Of a DNA stretch of 64,000 nt, positions 37,214 through 49,905 are shown one piece after another. A program made the translations under genes and the position numbers. The notes beneath the pieces are model-generated. The model ran no database searches. It saw only the letters and a list, made by a program, of their open reading frames with translations, and was not told where the DNA came from. Numbering within the stretch: position 1 is the first letter of the stretch; each line of letters opens with the position of its first letter. Source of the stretch: Vicugna vicugna (taxonomy: Eukaryota); contig MU058824.1 in the NCBI GenBank assembly GCA_013265495.1, forward strand, positions 2,941,111 through 3,005,110, read 5' to 3'.

Positions 37214-40200
37214 GCGCAAACCTGATTAAGACTCCTGGTCTACATTTTGCAGTTTCCTGCTCCCTCTCCTGGCACTCAGGGCCCTCCATAGCCCAGCCCA
37301 TTTCCTTTTCTAGCCACTCCCATCTCCTTTCCTCAGTAACACTGGGCTCAGGACAACTCACAGGCTTTGATTTTTACCTCACAATCTCTCCAGCTTTCCC
37401 CTGTCTACAACTTGGCTTGTGCTTGCCCTGCCTCCATTGCGCTTTCTCCTGGGGCCGTCGTCTTCACCTGTCTGCATCTTCCTTCTTTCCTTGAGTGTAG
37501 TCTACCCTGCCCCCCGCCCCATTCACTGTCTGTCTCACTAGGCAGGCCTCCTGGCTTCCCTGGCCCTTAAGGGGCCTCCTTTCACTAGGACTTGAGAGCC
37601 TGTGAAATGCCACCTCCTTCTTAAGGTTTTTCAAAATCCCTGGGACCACCTTTGCTTTCTGCCCTTACCAAGCTGCCACTGTCTGTACCACTTTAGAACA
37701 GGTTGGTCCCAGTGGGGACTCTGAGCTGCCTGAGCCTCAATGTCTGTCCTGTAGAATACGGTCACCTTGTCTGTGTCATGGGGATGAGGAAGGACATGCA
37801 GCCAATGCTCAGGACAGTGCCTGGCACAGCCAGGTGTTCAGCGCCTCGTAACTTATTAATTGAGTCCTCATGAACGTTGGCACCCTGATTCTCTCGCTGA
37901 ACTACAAGTCCTCTGGGGATGGGGGGAGCCTGGGGTCCACTCTAGCACCCAGTCAGGGTCCAGTGGATGTTTGAGAAAGAAAGGCAGGCAGTCTCTCCGC
38001 TTGCCTGTGAATGTGGGTCTTGCCGTCGACAGGAAGTCAGAAAGCTGTCTCCTGAGAAAGTTGCTGCTCTAAATGGATGCTCATTGACGTGCTGCCTGGA
38101 GCCTGGGAGCAGCCAGGATCCTGGAGCAGCGAGTTCGCCTCAGTGAGTCTCCACGGGGGATGGCGACACAACTCAGGCCTGCAGCCGCTCAGAGGCCTCT
38201 GCACGCAAAGGCTGTCACTGGAGGAGAGCAGAGTGATGGGCAGGGTGGAGGGCCCGGCCGTAATTGCAGACAGCTCCCAAGAGCTCTGCGAAGAGGCCCG
38301 CATGGCCTTTTAAATCGTGAGGGAAGCACATTTGGTGTCATCAGAACCCCGAACCCCCACCGGCCCCCTTTGGTGTTGCAGAACCGGGTCCTCGGGGGAG
38401 ACCCTGTCCCTGTGCAGGTGACCAAGGGAAGGGAGCAGACTGGGCGCCCTGACTCAGACTTGGGCCTTCCCCTCGCTCTTGGGCTGATCATGAAAGAGCA
38501 AGTGGTGCAGGTTCCGCCGGGCAGTGACAGGCCTGCGCTGCTTCCACCGACGTGACCATTGTTCTTGCTCCACACCCCTGATCTGCAGAGCTCATCCTCT
38601 TTTTTTCTGGGGTGTTTCTGTGCATGCCCGGAAAAGAGATGGTAAGAGAACTCCAATTAGTCAGTCTCCTGGCTTCTAGACAGCTCCGGAAACCAGACTA
38701 GTTGGAGGAGGAGGAGGTGGGACCTCTGCTTGTGTTGTGTTGGGTTGGTGTCCAGGCTCCATCTCCAAGCCGTTCTGCCCTGCCCTTGCTGGCCTGCAGT
38801 ATCCACCCAGGACCCCTGCTGCTCCATGCACCACCTCAGCCTCCAGGGGACCCCTGAATTCAGGCATTCGTTGAAGACTCCCGGTTAGGAGGAGGGTCTT
38901 TCTCCAGCAGATGTTTTAACAGTTCAGTTGTGGGGAACATCCGTTGTCTTCCCTTTGATGTGGCGCCTCAGAACCAGGCTGGGTTTCAGATGCGTGTCTA
39001 ATTGGGAGCAGCCGCCCACTGCTCCCATGGAACTCCTCACTTGAGCTGTGGGGCTAGGTGTGCTTTTTAACACCTCAGACCTGACTGAAATAGATGCCTC
39101 TGCCTCCAGAAGGTTACAAACAAGATAGTCTGATAAAGAGAAGTCAGGAGCGTCTGGACAGGCAGGAAGAAGAGCCCTTCTCTAGGAGTTAGAGGACCTG
39201 GGGCCTTCTTCTCTTCCCCAGGCCTCAGTTTCCCCATCTGTAAAATGTGCTCCCCTGTGTGTTCCGTGTTATGCACAAGAGTTGTGCAAAGCTCCCAGGT
39301 GGAGACGTGCAGTTGAAATCCGAAATTGTGGATCCAGAAATGGAAGTAGGTTCAGAGATGGGTGGTGAAGCCCTTCCATTTTCAACATAGGGTTGTCCTG
39401 TTAGAGTTTGTAAGCGGGCTTTCTGTGCTGTGGGGGGTGAAGGGTGATCTCAGAGGAGGAGGGCTCCTGGAGTGGTGTTCCATGGAAGCCCCAGGAAATG
39501 ATACCAACATTCCTGGAGTGCTCTCTGTGCACCAGGTGCTGTTCTAAACACTGAACATAGATGAATTCATTTGATCCTCATAACATCCGTCCACATTGGA
39601 TACTGTTGTTCCCCCTCCAGGAATGAGGCAACTGGGGCAGCTTACCCTGGGTCCCCTGCTGGAGCCAGGATTCAGGCTCCAGCAGTCTGTGCTGTGCTGT
39701 TGAACCTGTCGCTTACCTGGACCCCAGGATTTGCCTCCCCACAGGTGGCTGGTGCCATGGCAGCCCCATTATTGTTCTAGTAGTGCAGCCCTTGACCGTA
39801 GAGTTCTGATGGCACAGCCAGGCATGCCCATCACAGGCTGAGTAGAGGTTTTTTAGGCTGAGCAGTGATGGCAAGACCCGGGAATGGAGGCCTCTTTTGG
39901 CTGCACCTCTCTACTGAGCTCTGCCACTCTGTGATTTAGCATCTAATCTGGACTCCCAGGCAAGCCAGCTGGGAAAATTAGAAGTGAGGGGCCTGCCGGC
40001 CAGCATCTATCATTTCCAGCTAGGCACCTGCACACCTGTGCCAGCCTCTCCCCACCCAGTTCTACCCTACACGGAGGTTATAGGGCACCTCTCCTTAGAC
40101 ACTCTTGGGGGTGCTGTCCTGCAGCATTCAGGGCTGTCTAGAATCACTTCCACTGCCTCGGCTTCCTCGCCTGCTGGACCCCTGGACAGCCCACCTCCCC

Positions 40201-41989
40201 CATGTATACCTTGTGCTTCCAGCCTCTGTGCCTCTTCCTTGGCTCTGCATTCATCAAATGCCCATTTTCCCTGCCACACCATGAGGCCACAACTTCGTGT
40301 CTAAATACTTTAAGGCCCTCCCAGGTTTCCTCCAACTGAGTTGTAGTGTCACGTCTGCTCGCTGTTGAGGACCCTAAGCCGCCTCTGTTGTGTTGGGGGC
40401 TCTGGCCTTCTATCGCCAAGAGCTCCCTGAAGACCAGGACCGTGTCTGGTTCATCTCCATCGAGCTCTTGTTCTGGGCATTCGGTAGATGTCTGGCTGGG
40501 TGTGAGGACAGGTGGGTGCCATGCTGCTGGGGAAGGCTGGGTGCACCAGGGCTGCACTGCGCTGCTGTCCTCAGCCTCAGTTCCCCAGAGGCTAAAGCCG
40601 AGCCCTGCCCTCCTCTTTCTGTTCCTGAAAGGAAGGTTAAAGGGATAAAGAAAAGATTTCTTTTTTTCTCATCTTTTTCGTTTAGATGTGTGTCTGCCTG
40701 CTTTCAAATATATAGATTTGAGGCTATTCATAATAAAAAGTAATGTATATAATGAAGCTGTTAGGATAGATGTCAAGACCCATGTAGAAGGAAGGGCGAG
40801 TGAAAGTCGATTGACCCAGTACCAAAGCTAACATGGCTACTGGGTTAAACATCAGAATTAACTCTGAGCTTCCTGGCAGCCAAAAGAAGAAACAAAACAA
40901 AACAAAAACAAACAGAACTGTGAGGGGGAGGCACAGAGTTGGGGAATACCAGAGCAAAATGGAGCTTGTTGCCTGTGGACGTAGAGATCTCTGAACACTT
41001 GTCAGAGCCGTTCAGGAGGCTCCTGGTTCGCACCTAGATCTGTCCTGGGCCCCTCTCTCAGAAGATCACCTGCTGAGATGATCACTCTGGCCTTTGCTTC
41101 TCCTGGTCACAGTCCTTGGTCGGCACACAAGCCTCACCCTCCTGGCTCTATGCCCTTGGTGAGTGTGCCCAGGGCCCCTTCCAGTTCTGACATTCTCTGA
41201 TTATAAAAGAAAGTACTCTATTTTTTTTTTCTTGCTCCGTATATAGTTCCACTTTAAAACCTTTCTACTCTAGAGGTCAACAGAAATCCCTACCTACCCT
41301 GTCAATTTACTGATTCTGCTCCCTGCCTAAGAGGCATAAAATCACAGGCTGCCACCCAAGATTAAAGGTCATTTTCCATGAATTTATAGATGGTGATGTC
41401 CAGATAACTTGTGACTTAACCTCCTATTAGATCAGTCTTTGGACGGTCACAGATCGGTCTGGGTAATAAGGAGGATGGACCTGGTCATTAGGCAGGAGAC
41501 AGTGATGTCTGGCAAGCTGGCCTGGCACAATGGCCCTTAACTTCCTGGGGCTCTTGGCAAATGTCTCCAGGGAGAGGAGATGCTCCCTAAATGGGTGTTT
41601 TCTCAGGCAAAGGCAGCTGCTTCCGAAACACACCGTTCCTATAAGCCCAACCTGCTTAAAATCGTATTTACTTTCATGTGATCCCTTCTTAATTACATTT
41701 TTCTTTACTAGCATCCTTATTCATTATTTAAAACAACTTTTAAAAATAATTATGCAACAATTCCTTCCTCTGTACACAGTAACTATTTACCTTTCTGTAT
41801 CAGGTTTTCCGCCCTTTATTCATGTGTAGCTGTACTTACAACATTGCTGTCATGAGAGTTTAGATACTATGAGCAAAGTGTGCAATAACAGTATTCAGCA
41901 AGTCCTAAGCAAGGAGTAGAATTCCTTTGGGGCATTGTTCACATTGCCCGGGACTAGTTTAGAAAGCCCGCATTTTACAGTTTGCTCAA

Positions 41990-42150
41990 CACATAAACAG
42001 TCTTGTATTTCACTTTTTAACTTAGTATAATTTCATGCACGCTTTTTCATGTAGCTACATAATCTTCAGATTTATCATTTTAATGGCTGTTTAATATTCC
42101 ATCCAGTTTGCATACCATAATTTACTTAACTGCTCCCTATTGTTGGGACC
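41990..42150 (-). mobile_element. Old L1 (L1ME-like) fragment
   Basis: tcatttttaatggctg-like...atattccat...taccataatttacttaac...ccctattgttgggac. Confidence 0.6.
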
Positions 42151-43075
42151 TTAATGAAAATTTGAATTCACTATGTAATACAGGGGGAAGCTCGTTTTAA
42201 TGATTACCATCATAACATCCCCTGCCCTAACTGCATGCCATTACTAACTCAGCTTTGGTAAGGCGCAGATGCTTTCAGAACAATAAATCCTGTATGAGAG
42301 GTGGATGCACAAGTCCTTCTGATTTAATAGCTAATCTGTTCACTGCACATGTTTTCCTTTTAGGCTGGTGTTTATGTGGAATATCCATCTCTCCTGACTA
42401 TTGTGCAGTACTAAACTGTATGCATTTGTCATATTGTTGCAGGTACCTTATCACTGTGGTCAGGGACTTTAATGAGTTAACTGAATTTGGGGGTAAAGAG
42501 TGGTTTCTGGCTGTGAGTTGTCATCCTTGTATCCCACTCACATTCATTGAACATCTGTTTGCAGCTGGGCTCCTTGAGAGAGCAAGTGAAGATGCTCCTG
42601 ATTGCTGGGGGCCCATAGAAGTGCATCCTTGAGTTGCTTTGTGGCCCAAGATTAAATGGTGATTTGCATGCAAAGTGCTTTGTAAACTGTAGAGTACATG
42701 TTAGCGGTTGCTGTTCCTGCTTGTGAAAGAGGATGAAGTGGAAGGTGGCGTTCGTGGGTCCGTGCCTATCAGCTGCATTCCCAGTGTCCCTAGCCCTCAG
42801 AATTCTCCAAAGACAAGAGGCTAGACTGTACTCCTTAGAACCAGGCGAGGAATGATAAGGATGATGAAGACCCCACAAAGCACCGATCAGATAGTTTGGT
42901 AGATTTTGTGATTTACAGAGTTGTCTCCAGTACTTTACATTGGTCTTCGACTTAAAGTGACCAAGTCCTGTCTTTTATAGCTCTTCCCTACTCCTCTTCC
43001 TCCCCCATAAAAAGGAAAGCATCATCCCCAAAACTAATAAATCACCCCAGTTTACTCATGGGACCTGACAAAGCC

Positions 43076-43544
43076 GTGTTTTGCCAAAGTGTGGGACATC
43101 TCAAAGGAGACACGATTTTAGGTGGCCTGAGAACCACATAGTGAAGTTTTCCCCTTTTTATTCTTTTTCTTTCTAAAAGGAGAAGGTTATTCTTATTTGC
43201 CAAAGAAAGTGTCTCGGTTTGCTGCTAGTTCCCCCACCGGCTCTCCAGTACCTGCGGGGCTCCCTTCAGCAGAGAGAGCAAGTCTTGGACTTACTTCCTG
43301 GTGACAGTACCTACCTAACTGGCTTTGTTCTCGTTTATTCTGTTTATGTTTATCATCTGTTTTTGGTAGAGGATAATAGCTTATAGGGTGGTGATTAATA
43401 GTCTCCTTTTTAAGTGAATTTTATTTCCTCTAAAAAGTGAGACAGTGTCAGTTTTTAAAAATGGCATATAATAACCCAGGTGTTACTCAAAAACGGCAAA
43501 ATCGCGCAGTCAGTATGTTACTAAATGAAGTTTAGGGGATGCTA
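43076..43544. mobile_element. Probable hAT-Charlie-type DNA transposon relic
   Basis: Left end gtgttttgccaaagtgtgg and right end ggcaaaatcgcg...gaagtttaggggatgct resemble Charlie-type inverted termini. Family not pinned down. Confidence 0.4.
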
Positions 43545-43914
43545 CCATAGCGCTGTTTAATGTCAACACTAAAGGTCAGTGCATAGCATCAGTTGGTTTC
43601 TGTTGAGTCAGGGCCTGTGCGCGGCGTGGGGTTTTGCCATTCCTGTGAATGGCCTTGAATCATGAAGCCCAAGCTACAAGAATGCTCTTGCTCAGAGGGG
43701 CTGACGTCGTCGGTGTATTTTGTCAGCTGCTATTCAGGGCACATGACTCCTGTGGGCTTCTACTGTAGCTTTATGCCATCAGAACTCTGATTTGCAGAGT
43801 GCCTCAAGAGTCCATTAGAACAGCACACTCTCGCTACCCTCACCACTTCACATCAAGCCTCACCTCCCCTCTCTCACCTCCTTGGACCTGGTACTCCAGC
43901 AAAAGTAGACAGCG

Positions 43915-44433
43915 AATTATTATTCAGCCTTAAAAAGAAATAAATTCTGACACATGCTACAACATGAAATAACCTTTAAAACATTGTGCTAAGTGAAATA
44001 AGACTGTCACAGAAGGACAAATACCATATGATTCCATTTATATGGGGTAGCTAGGTAGATTATTAGAGACAGAAAGTAGAAGAGGGGGAGGGTGTAGCTC
44101 AGTGATAGAGCACATGCTTAGCATGCACAAGGTCCTGGGTTCAATCCCCAGTACCTCCATTAAAAAAATAAGTAAACCGAATTCCCCCATCCCACTCCCC
44201 CAAAAAAAACAGAAAAGAAAAAGAAAGTAGAAAGGTGGTTGCCAGAGGCTGAGGGAAGGAAACTGGGGACAGTTAGTGGGGGATAGTTTCAGTTTAGAGT
44301 GATGAAAAAGTTCTGGAGAGGGAAGGTGGTGGTAGCTGTACAACAACATGAATGTACTTAATGCCACTGACTTGTACACTTAAAAATGGTTAAAATGGCG
44401 AAAGTTAAATGTTATATATATTTTATCGAATAA
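43915..44433 (+). mobile_element. Old L1 (L1MB/L1M-type) 3' UTR fragment, interrupted by the SINE
   Basis: Typical L1M 3' motifs: tattcagccttaaaaag, acatgctacaacatg, aaggacaaatac...atgattccattta, gtggttgccagagg, gatgaaaaagttctggaga, aatgtacttaatgccactga...tacacttaaaaatggttaaaatgg. Confidence 0.85.
44082..44221 (+). mobile_element. tRNA-Ala-derived SINE (camelid Vic-1-like)
   Basis: Head GGGGGAGGGTGTAGCTCAGTGATAGAGCACATGCTTAGCATGCACAAGGTCCTGGGTTCAATCCCCAGTACCTCCA (A box, AGC anticodon loop, B box GGTTCAATCC), then an A-rich tail. Target-site duplication AGAAAGTAGAA at 44071-44081 and 44222-44232. Confidence 0.88.
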
Positions 44434-45583
44434 ACGAGAAAGTAGGCAGTGAGCTCATTCTCTCCAGCTGCACTGTCCTGGTCCAACCACAGGGAATCTT
44501 GTCCCTCTCCTGTTTCTGCTTCTGCCACTTCAAATGCCACCTCTCTCTCTTCCTGCCTCGTCCCTCGCAGGCCCTGAAGGAGCCCCTTTGCCGCAGAGCA
44601 TCATGGTGATTTAGGTACCTGTTGTCTCTCTTCTGGAAACAGTGGGCTTGCTGAGAGCAGCCTCGACAGTGAACTCTTTCCTCTCCTCCGTCCTTTGTGG
44701 GCTCTGCACAAAGTGGGTGTTCATGATCAAAGCAAATAAGCCATCCCTATTTGGCAAAGAAGCACCTGACTGTGGCATCCGGGCATCCGTTTTTCGGCCA
44801 CTGCTGGCCTCTTAGGAGTGAGCAGCAGCTGAAAGGAACATGCCCTGTCTGGGTCCTCAGACTGGCTGCCACTCCTCCGCCCCAACTCAAGCCAGGACCT
44901 GGTATCCTCTGCAGAAGATTGAGAGCTTTCCTTCCTTATTCAGAAGTGAAATTGGACATCTGCTCTCTCAAGTTTCTTGGCTGTATTCAGTGTGTTAGAA
45001 GACAGACAGGCCCTGGGGGAGGTAGAAGGGCAGGAAAACAGTCACTCCTGGGGCTTTAGGGGAGAAAACAGTCCCCTGGGGATGGCTCTTGGCTTCTTAG
45101 GTCTTCAAAATGAACATGTGAGCTTGGTGGACACTTGAGGGTCATTTAGCCCAATCTCCTCATTTGACAGATAGGAAGTGACAAGTCCAGAGGATGGGCA
45201 ATTTCGCTAGAGGAAGGACCCTGTCCCCACCACTCATCTGTAAATGAGGGGGAAAGAACTCTGTGTTCTGGGCTGGTGTCAGAACATACCCAGAACATCA
45301 TGCTCACGTCTGGGCCCTACCCTTGGACAGTGGTCATGAGGTTTCTGATTCTGTCCTTTGGTTCAAAGCCTGAGATCTTTGTGAGGAAGACTTGACCAGT
45401 GAGAGCAGGGGCACTGCCCTGGGGAGGGGCGGAGAGGAACAGTTAAATGCAGCAAAGAGGCCTGTCCTGTGCAGTCCCCACCTCTCTGGGTGGTGGCTGG
45501 TGGGTGTCACCTATCAGGTCCCAGGTGATGAAGCTTGTACTCTGCATCCTTTATATCTCTGCTTCCCTCCTTTTTGACTGCAG

Positions 45584-45799
45584 AATTTCAGAGGCAGGAA
45601 AGTGTCCGGTCGCAGCACAAAGGCATTCAATTATACGACACCCCTTATGAACCTGAGGGCCAAAGCGTCGACTCAGACTCAGAGAGCACGGTCAGCCCCC
45701 GACTGCGGGAGAGCAAGCTGCCCCAGGATGACGACAGGCCCGCCGACGAGTACGACCAGCCGTGGGAGTGGAACCGGGTCACTATCCCAGCTCTGGCAG
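45584..45799 (+). CDS. SHB: SHB internal coding exon (probable exon 3), 216 bp, phase 1 in and out
   Basis: Long pyrimidine tract and tgcAG acceptor at 45582-45583, donor G|gtaagg at 45800. Joins the previous exon as G|AA (Glu) and reads EFQRQESVRSQHKGIQLYDTPYEPEGQSVDSDSESTVSPRLRESKLPQDDDRPADEYDQPWEWNRVTIPALA, including the SHB/SHD/SHE/SHF-family DDRPADEYDQPWEW block. Confidence 0.97.
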
Positions 45800-46369
45800 G
45801 TAAGGAACCAGCAGCCCTGCTCAGGGGCGCTTGCTGGCCCACATGGTGCTCAGCTTTGTAAAGAGGGTAAGCACACTCGGCCCTGCCTGCTCACGTAAAC
45901 CACAGGACTTCACGTACGGCTGGGCCCCTCAAATGTGAGGAGGGTCCAGTCTGCAGAGTGGCTCCTTTTGTACCTGGTGGAGCCCAGTGGCTCCATCCCA
46001 TCTCACACCTGTGACAGGCCTGCGTGCATCCGGGGCCACGGCGTTCCTGTCCCAGCTTCAGCATGAGCCCATGGACACAGCACAGGCCATGGGCACATCC
46101 TGACCTCAGGGGCCGACCCTCCCCCTGGCCAGGAGCCCCTTGAATGACTCAGGTGCCTCCCTTCCTCCCCACCCTGAGACTGGTTTTCTAGAATCCAGTG
46201 TCCATCGCAGCACTGAAACTCCTCTCCCTCAGCCTTTTGGGAAATAAGTCTGCCACATGTGTTACCTCTCTTAGACCATGTTCACACCCTTTGATTTGAG
46301 TACCAGTCCTTAGGATCCAGGTCAAGGTTACGATCTAAAGCACAGAGAAGGCATGATGATGGTGAGAGA

Positions 46370-46620
46370 TGGAGAACGACCCGAATGTCCAGCAGTGGGG
46401 ATTGATTAAAGGAATGTTGTGCAGCCACTACAGAGTGACATTGACCAGGAGTTTATAATAACCCAGGGAAATGCTTATGTTTAATGTTAAAAGGTGGAAA
46501 GTCAGATGCAAATAACTTTTATGTGTCTAAGAGTTTAGGCATTGGAAAAAAGACATCAAATGACTAATTTAATTCTTACTACATTGCAGGTCATAAAGGG
46601 AGAGTTTTTGTTTTTAATTT
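46370..46620 (+). mobile_element. Old L1 (L1ME-like) 3' fragment
   Basis: acccgaatgtccagcagtgggga...ttaaaggaat...tgcagccact...ggaaatgcttatg...aatgttaa. Confidence 0.5.
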
Positions 46621-47344
46621 AAGATTCATTTTGCCTGGAAGCTCCCTTTTTCATGCACAGCTAGACCCTTCCTCCCTTTCTAGCCCTGGAAGTGAGGCCT
46701 CTGCCCCACGCATACCACTCATCATCCCCTGGATGTAGCCGCTCTGTGCGAGTCCTATTCCTTCTGCCTGAGTGCCCTTCCCTGCCATATCCTATCTGGA
46801 AAAGTCCCACCCCTCCTTTGAGGCCCACCTCAGATGTGTCACCATCACTGTGAGCCCTCCTGGTACACGGCCACACGTCCCATGGGCTCCCTTACTGCCT
46901 CTCCGGGCCTGTTGAACTCCCTGCGCACAACCCTGGGGCAGCATTTCTCACCATGTAGAGTCAGTGCTGTGGATGCTGGGCCCTCCTGCCAGGTTGGCAG
47001 CGCCCGGCTGAATGTCAGAGACGACAGTGGTCGTGTGACTGAAGGTCCTTGGTCACCTCAGGTCTCTCCCGTGCATTTCACGGCCTCCTCCTCCCTCGGC
47101 ACAAGGGAATCCAGGGACTGTCCTGGCACGGCTGGTCAAGACGTGCTCCTCTCGGGTGTGAGAGGAGCTAGAAGGGGGCTGATACTGACCCAGAGGTGGC
47201 TCTTCACAAACCCCAATTGTATTAAAGGGCTAGAGGGCTCATGTGACACCTCTCCTGGACACCAGGGGCCTGTGGCGTCCCACCCCCTCCTGGGCTGACC
47301 ACCCTGCAGGTCATGTTACCTTTGATGCTCTCATCTAGTCTGGT

Positions 47345-47503
47345 GCTTGGCTGCTCACATGTGGCCCTGGACCAGCAGTGTCACTCACCCGGGAGCTAGT
47401 GAGAAATGCAGGGTCTCAGGCCCCGGCCCAGACCTGCAGAGTCAGAATCTGATTTAAAAGACCCCCTAGGTGATTCATGGGCACATTAAAGTGAAAAGCA
47501 CTG
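47345..47503. mobile_element. MER5A-type DNA transposon relic
   Basis: tgtggccctggaccagcag...cacccgggagctagtgagaaatgcag...tcaggcccc...ccagacctgcagagtcagaatctg...aagaccccc..ggtgattcat...cacattaaagt...aagcactg. Confidence 0.8.
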
Positions 47504-49729
47504 AGCCTACAGGACAGCCATCATCTCTTCAGAAGGCTCTGGGGCCAGGACTTGTCCGCTTCTGCCCAAAGCCGGTTTTAGAACTTCAGTACCTTTCATT
47601 TTTCATAAAGGATCACAAGGTCTGAGATAGAACTGTCTCCAGATAAGTTTCTGAGCCACAGATATCCATTTGGACTTGCTTTCACAAGTGTCATTGTAGG
47701 TCAACTTCTTAGGCTGCTGGTAGAAGACAGACCCAGAATCGCATCCCCGTGTGTCTCATCAAGTCCCTTATCTCTGTGTGTCCTGCTCTGGAGTGGATAC
47801 CAATTATGCTGTTTTGGGCTCAGCTCTGATTTCTGAGGCATAGAAGGAAGCTGTTTCACTCGGGCTGGAGGGATGCTGTAAGCTGCAGCCGTTAGTCTTG
47901 ACTAGATCCCTCCCCACGTCTGTGGACAGAGCCTGTTGGATGCGGTGTTGGCAGGCAGGAACACCGTCCTGTTTCCTAGCCCCAGAGTGCAGGTGGAGTG
48001 AGGTGGATGGGCCACCTGTCAGGTAATAAGGACGAGTTGAAACAGTTCAGTTGGGTTGCTGAAGTGCTGCCACGGCTCCATTTGTAAACCCAGAAGTGTG
48101 GCTGCTCAGAGACAAAGGATAATGTTCCCACCTCAGTCAGCAGTGTGTGGGGCACGTGCTTTGGCACGTCATTGGTGGTGTCAGGGAGCGAGGCAGTGCT
48201 TGGCTGGGCCCCGTCCTCCTATTACCACACTGATGTTCCCACACAGTTTATCTGGGCCCTCGGGAGCTCTCTGTGATGGGCCTCCAGAGCCTGGGGTGTA
48301 GGATCTGTAGCTGGGGTACAGGCGACTGGGCAAAATCCTTACCATCTCTTTCCGACCCATGTATTCTGATTCTGCCTATTCAGCTCACATGAGGGAACTG
48401 GTCAGTGTTTTCAGATTTTTCCCAAGGTGTGGAGTGTGGGGCTCTCCCAAAGGGCAGAGCTGGGCCCACCAAGGAAGAGTCATACAGATTTAGGGTCCAG
48501 GTGAGTGGTAAGAATTTCAGATGTACCTGCAAGCGAATCATGAGCTTCCGCTCCCTGGGGTTTACCAGCAGAAGCTTGAACAAGGCAGGACTGGTGTTGA
48601 GGGGTTTGCCCTACATCAGGAACTTGGCCTGCAACCCCTCCAAGGATGTTTCCATGCTCTGGTCCATCAGGACCCCAGCATGCTGGTCAGAGTCCAGGAC
48701 TGATCTCTCTGATTCAGTCTACAAAGCAAAAGTGCTTTCCACTTTCAGAGTGCTGTCCTACACTGCATTGTGGGAAGAGGCACTTCTCAAAGGGATGCTT
48801 CAGTGTTCTCCACAGAAGTAGGCCTTCTCAGCCAGTGCAGCCTTTCAGGAAGGCTTAATGATCACTTCCCGTCTGTCGTGAAGACAGCTATTGCAGGGTA
48901 TAACATAGTCCCAGCTTCTTGGGAATGTAAGTCTTCCCTTCTCTCAGAATTCTGTGGCCAGGCAAATGAGAGATACCACAAGCTCTCCAAAAAGCCTTGG
49001 GCCTTCCTTGCCTGCCCTCCCTCTAGGAAGCTATTGGTAGCCTCAGCCAGAACCCCCGCCTCAACCCGTTCAGCACCAGAGTCCCATCCCACGTGCATGA
49101 CCTTAGTTGATCCCAGCGCCCAGGACAGATGCCGGTCAGTTTCACCTCTGGCTGCAGGGAACAGGCTGCAGCCCTGCTATACACAGAGAGGTGGTGTGGC
49201 TTCCATCAGGGTGTCAGCCCTTTTCCTACCTGGCAGATACACCTGCCTTCAGAGCTGGCTGGACTGAGTCCTCTCCCTCTTTGACTCACCTGGGAGAAGC
49301 CTACAGGTTCAGCCCCAGATACAGCTCCCTGCCCTAGGAGTGTGGGGCAGGAGAAGAAGCCTAGGTGAGGCCACACTGGGTGATTCGGGGTGGTACTGCT
49401 TGGCACTGGTTGGTGTGGAGGGTCTGACCAGCCCCTGGGCTTTTTGGCACAAATTATGAGATGGACCAATGGAGCCTGCACAGGAGGTGGCCACACAGGG
49501 AGGGGGCTGAGGAGCTGGGTGGATAACTTGGAGAAACAGACCTGGGCTCAGGGTGGAATGGGTTTGGAGTCTTCACATCTCTGAGTGGCCATAGGGAGGA
49601 CAGGGACTGAACCTGTCCTGGGGGCCTCTAGTCCCTCACCGGGAAAATGTGCCTGCTGCAGAGGGTCCTGGTGAGGCTTAAAGGGCACCACATGGGGTAA
49701 GTACTGACACGTACAGCGCACTCTGTGTG

Positions 49730-49905
49730 CATTATCTCTTTCCGTCTTCACACCCGCCCTCTGGGACATTAGTTTCCTCCTTTTACAATAGGGAAACTGA
49801 GGTCCAAAAAAAAGAAATAACTTTCTCAGGAGCCCATAGCTAGTCAGCCATGGAGTCAGGATTTGAACCTGCTAAGACCCACTGCAGAGCCCAAGCCCTA
49901 ACCCT
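49730..49905 (-). mobile_element. MIR fragment
   Basis: ttttacaatagggaaactgaggtcc...taactttctcagg...catagctagt...ggagtcaggatttgaacc. Confidence 0.65.

Larger units (their letters stand above)
11259..45583 (+). other. SHB: SHB intron (34,325 bp, GT-AG)
   Basis: Bounded by the donor and acceptor above. Exon phases match and give a continuous SHB peptide. Confidence 0.92.

Noticed and set aside
44084..44159. Functional tRNA-Ala(AGC) gene
   Set aside because: It has stem-disrupting substitutions, an extra 5' G-rich leader, an A-rich tail and a target-site duplication, so it is a SINE. The same applies to the minus-strand copy near 24.8 kb.
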